From: the human T2T-CHM13v2.0 reference genome, Homo sapiens
Reading direction: 5' to 3' (one strand)
DNA length: 64,000 nt
NCBI RefSeq assembly: GCF_009914755.1
Contig: NC_060930.1
Shown here one piece after another: positions 55,616 to 64,000 of this stretch (position 1 is its first letter; each line of letters opens with the position of its first letter). The notes below the pieces were generated by a model. The model ran no database searches. It had not been told where the DNA came from and saw nothing but the letters and a program-made list of their open reading frames with translations. The translations under genes and the position numbers were made by a program.

Positions 55616-56330
55616 TGTACAATTAGGATACTTTCATTTGCAAGTGTTAGAAACCCAACTCCAACTTAAGAAATGGAATTTAATGACTTACGTAATTGAG
55701 AAATCCCACAGGTGATGGTGGTTTAAGGCACAGCTGTTATTAGGCACTTAAAGATATTTTTCCCCTTCCTCTCCCTTTATTTCCCTTTCCTTTCTCTCTC
55801 TTTCCTCCTTTTTTCTTTACTTCTTCCCCTCCTCCCCTCCCCTTTCCGGCTCTCCTGTCCTCTCCTCTCTGCTCCCCTGTTCTCCCTTCCCTTCCCTCCC
55901 CTCCCCTTCCCTACCTTCCCCTCCCCTCCCCTCCTCTCCCCTCCTCTCTTCTCCGCTACTCCCCTCTCCTTCTCCTCTCTCTTCTTTCAATTTGTCCATT
56001 GCTCTTTCCTTCTCAACTTTATTTTATTCCTCTGTGTCTGCTTTATTCTTAGGCAAGCACTCTCTACGTAGTGAAAAAGTTGGCCATCAGGGATATAGAA
56101 CTTAATTCTAAAAGCTAACCAACCTTAATAAGAAAGAGAACTGCTTTCGATAGCCCTGGCAAAAGTCTCGTGGGAAATGTTGGCTTGCATGGCTGAGCCA
56201 CTTAATCATCTCCGAACCAATCAAGGAAGTCTTAAATTTGTGGTGTTCTGATTGGCCAAGGATAGGGTGCATGACCCCAAATGACGCTAGGAGAAAAGAG
56301 AATCAACTGCTTTCAAACTTTGGGTCTGTT
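55616..56330 (-). mobile_element. MLT1K-like LTR containing a polypyrimidine expansion
   Basis: tgtacaattagg..ttgcaagtgttagaaacccaactc..; tctgctttattcttaggcaagc..gaaccaatca..ttctgattggccaag. Confidence 0.65.
55757..56015. repeat. Polypyrimidine/polypurine tract with (CCCCT)n, (CCTT)n and (CTCTC)n units
   Basis: About 260 bp nearly devoid of purines on the plus strand. Confidence 0.92.
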
Positions 56331-56630
56331 TAGGCACAAGTAATTAGTGGTACATGATAGCAGTGCTTCTGAAACTTTTATGTGTATTGATTCCAATTAA
56401 TATGCATTTGTTAAAAATGCATTTTATTATACTTTAAGTTTTAGGGTACATGTGCACAATGTGCAGGTTAGTAACATATGTATACATGTGCCATGTTGGT
56501 GTGCTGCACCCATTAACTTGTCATTTAACATTAGGTATATCTCCTAATGCTATCCTTCCCCCCTCCCCCCACCCCACAACAGTCCCCGGTGTGTGATGTT
56601 CCCCTTCCTGTGTCCATGTCTTCTCATTGT

Positions 56631-60471
<3,841 letters not shown>

Positions 60472-60534
60472 TATGATGTTAGCTGGTTATTTTGCTTGTT
60501 AGTTGATGCAGTTTCTTCCTAGCCTTGACGGTCT

Positions 60535-61543
60535 TTACAATTTGGCATGTTTTTGCAGTGTCTGGTACCGGTTTTTCCTTTCCATGTTTAGTGCTTCCTT
60601 CAGGAGCTCTTTTTGGGAAGGCCTGGTGGTGACAGAATCTCTCAGCATTTGCTTGTCTGTAAAGGATTTTATTTCTCCTTCACTTGTGAAGCTTAGCTTG
60701 GCTGGATATGAAATTCTGGGTTGAAAATTCTTTTCTTTAAGAATGTTGAATGTTGGCCCCCACTCTCTTCTGGCTTGTAGAGTTTCTGCCAAGAGATCAG
60801 CTGTTAGTCTGATGGGCTTCCCTTCATGGGTAACCCGACCTTTCTCTCTGGCTGCCCTTAACATTTTTGCCTTCATTTCAACTTTGGTGAATCTGACAAT
60901 TATGTCTCTTGGAGTTGCTCTTCTCAAGGAGTATCTTTGTGGCACTCTCTGTATTTCCTGAATTTGAATGTTGCCCTGCCTTGCCAGGTTGGGGAAGTTC
61001 TCCTGGATAATATCCTGAAGAGTGTTTTCCAACTTGGTTCCATTCTCCCCATCACTTTCAGGTACACCAATCAGACATAGATTTTGTCTTTTCACATAGT
61101 CCCATATTTCTTGGAGGCTTTGTTCGTTTCTTTTTATTCTTTTTTCTCTAAACTTCTCTTCTCGCTTCATTTCATTCATTTGATCTTCCATCACTGATAC
61201 CCTTTCTTCCAGTTGATCAAATCGGCTACTGAGGCTTGTGCATTCGTCATGTAGTTCTCGTGCTGTGGTTTTCTGCTCCATCAGGTCCTTTAAGGACTTC
61301 TCTGCATCGGTTATTCTAGTTAGCCATTCGTCTAAATTTTTTTCAAGGTTTTTAACTTCTTTGCCATGGGTTCAAACTTCCTCCTTTAGCTCAGAGTAGT
61401 TTGATCATCTGAAGCCTTCTTCTCTCAACTCGTCAAAGTCATTCTCCATCCAGCTTTGCTGGTGAGGAGCTGCGTTCCTTTGGAGGAGGAGAGGTGCTCT
61501 GATTTTTAGAGTTTCCAGTTTTTCTGCTCTGTTTTTTCCCCAT
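60535..61543 (-). pseudogene. ORF1: L1 ORF1, frameshifted by a short deletion near 61458; the C-terminal 248 aa remain open
   Basis: ATG at 61543 (MGKKQSRK). The span of 1009 nt is not a multiple of 3. The 248-aa ORF ends QKHAKL*. Confidence 0.88.
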
Positions 61544-62123
61544 CTTTGTCGTTTTATCTACTTTTGGTCTTTGATGATGGTGACGTACAGATGGGGTTTT
61601 GGTGTGGATGTCCTTTCTGTTTGTTAGTTTTCTTCTAACAGTCAGGACCCTCAGCTACAGGTCTGTTGGAGTTTGCTGGAGGTCCACTCCAGACCCTGTT
61701 TGCCTTTGCCTGGGTATCAGCAGTGGAGGCTACAGAACAGCAGATATTGGTGAACAGCAAATGTTGCTGCCTGATCATTTCTCTGGAAGTCTTGTCTCAG
61801 AGGAGTACCCAGCCATGTGAGGTGTTAGTCTGCCCCTACTGGGGGGTGCCTCCCAGTTAGGCTACTTGGGGTTCAGGGACCCACTTGAGGAGGCAGTCTG
61901 TCCTTTGTCAGATCTCCAGCTGTGTGCTGGGAGAACCACTACTCTCTTCAAAGCTGTCAGACAGGGACATTTAAGTCTGCAGAGGATTCTGCTGCCTTTT
62001 GTTTGGTTATGCCCTGCCCCTAGAGGTGGAGTCTACAGAGGCAGACAGGCTTCTTTGAGCTGCGGTGGGCTCCACCCAGTTTGAGCTTCCTGGCCACTTT
62101 ATTTACCTACTCAAGCCTCATCA

Positions 62124-62306
62124 ATGGCGGGCGCCCCTCCCTCAGCCTTGCTGCCACCTTGCAGTTTGATCTCAGACTTCTGTGCTAGCAATGAGCGACA
62201 CTCCCTGGGTGTAGGACCCTCTGAGCCAGGCGCGGGATATAATCTCCTGGTGTGCCGTTTGCTAAGACCATTGGAAAAGCGCAGTATTAGGGTGGGAGTG
62301 ACCTGA
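62124..62306 (+). CDS. ORF0: L1 antisense ORF0, 60 aa (prematurely stopped relative to the ~71-aa form)
   Basis: MAGAPPSALLPPCSLISDFCASNER...IRVGVT* matches primate L1 ORF0 in the antisense 5'UTR. Expression is unproven. Confidence 0.75.
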   Translation: MAGAPPSALLPPCSLISDFCASNERHSLGVGPSEPGAGYNLLVCRLLRPLEKRSIRVGVT

Positions 62307-64000
62307 TTTTCCAGTTGCCGTCTGTCACCCCTCTCTTTGACTAGGAAAGGGAATTCCCTGACCCCTTGCGCTTCCCTCACCCTGCTTTGGTGCATGCTGG
62401 TTGCACTGCGCCCCCTGTCCTGCACCCACTTTCCGACACTCCTCAGTGAGATGAACCCGGTACCTCAGTTGGAAATGCAGAAATCACCCGTCTTCTGCGT
62501 CGCTCATGCTGGGAGCTGTAGACTGGAGCTGTTCCTCTAAAAATGCATTTTTATATGCGTTTTTACATGCATTTATATGCATATAAAAATGCATTTTTAA
62601 CAAATGCATATTAATTCAGTAAGTGAGATGTGAGACCAGAAATTCTAACCTTCAAGAAACTCTCAGGTGATTTTATGCTGCTGGTTTGGGAGGCATAGTT
62701 TGAAAACCATGGCTAGTTGGTAAAAGGATACGAGACAGCCAAAAGCAACAGAAGAGAGATAGAAATTAAACTATCCAAATAGGTTTAGATGAATTTCATA
62801 ATTATAATTTCAGACACATATACTTGATAAAAATTTAAATTTTGAATTAGAACAGAAGCAGCCCTTCATGATTCCACATATACCAAAGGAAATCTTAAAA
62901 AGAGTTACATAAAGAATGAATAGCATGACTTAAGTCTGGGTTTGCACAGAGGACTATGTTATTTATATAAATACAATAGATTATGAAATACCCTATGCTA
63001 AACTACATGGTAAATTCTGCCATGGTTGCAAATATATTTTCATGTTAAAAATATAGCTTTCATTTACATATATTTTTACATATTATTCAATAATATGTAT
63101 ACTATATAGCTCAATTTCTGCTGAAATAATTCCACACCACAGTATACAAATACAGAAAAAAACTTTCTAGGTCACAACTGACTATCCTATTATTTTAAAT
63201 CAAAGCTCATGAAAGTATTCTTGTACACAATAAAATTTAAATAGCCTACTACCAATGACTGAGAATTAGTAAGCAGAAGGGGTGCCAAGGTCTGGGTCTA
63301 TGGATGTCAGAGAGGCACCCCTGTGACTATTTTGCCTACATTTCACATCTCCCGGGTTGCTTGCTAGTCAAATGAACCCAGTAAGTAGATGAGCACATGA
63401 TCAGATACAATGAATTTTTCAGTCATTGTCAAAACGGTCAAAGAACTACAAAAAAAAAAACAAAAAAAACCTATGTTGTAAGTGAAATCTTAAGTCCATG
63501 TTATTTTTTTTCTGATTTCAAACTACCTGAAAATTCAACTAGTGTTGAAATGCAATTGTTATGGTCTACATTCAGCTTACTACATTTGTAAGAAAGAAAT
63601 CACAAGTAAATGCGTCAATGTAAGGAATTTGTTTTTAGGAATATGTAGAATATGACCTATTAGGGACTGGGATAATTCAACCAATTCAATTAATATTTTG
63701 TCTGGATTATTAAACTGATTTGATGCTATATAAATAAACATATTTACATTTCAAGTACATATTTTTATGTGAGAAATGAATGTAAGACAAAGTGGAGACA
63801 TGCTTAAAGAAGCATTAATATTCAGAAAACTTGTAGGAAATAATGAACAATTACTTCCTCTGGAGAATGAACCTGGGTGATGGAGGGCTAGTAGGAAGAA
63901 TTAATGTTTTTGTGGGTGTTTTTTGCATCTTACTATTAGTGTACATTAATTTATTTGAAATTTTAACGAACTCTAGTACCTTGTCCATCAATTAATTTAA

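Noticed and set aside
55817-55999. Glu/Gly/Arg-rich 60-aa ORF
   Set aside because: It is a translation of the polypurine simple repeat.

Overview
AT-rich, repeat-dense genomic DNA from a hominoid primate (human-like), judged from AluJ/S, THE1/MST and an L1PA4-type element. I found no convincing host protein-coding exon, RNA gene or CpG island. Every ORF in the supplied track can be traced to L1, MaLR or Alu sequence or is a chance ORF. About eight L1 copies are present: one near-full-length L1PA4-like element with ORF0 and disrupted ORF1/ORF2, and four copies with twin-priming 5' inversions. There are also four ERVL-MaLR elements that keep internal sequence (an ancient MLT1, THE1C/D, MSTA, THE1A), solo LTRs, six Alus, and L2, MIR, MER5 and MER58 relics, often deeply nested. 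The most striking observation is a TSD-flanked, A-tailed retro-insertion at 12756-12820. Its body is exactly the 18 3'-terminal nucleotides, including CCA, of a mature tRNA-Ala, so it ends at the m1A58 position. Other notable items are a tail-less L1 inserted into a perfect 38-bp palindrome and several fold-back (template-switch) inverted duplications. Subfamily names come from my recollection of consensus sequences and need RepeatMasker/Dfam confirmation.
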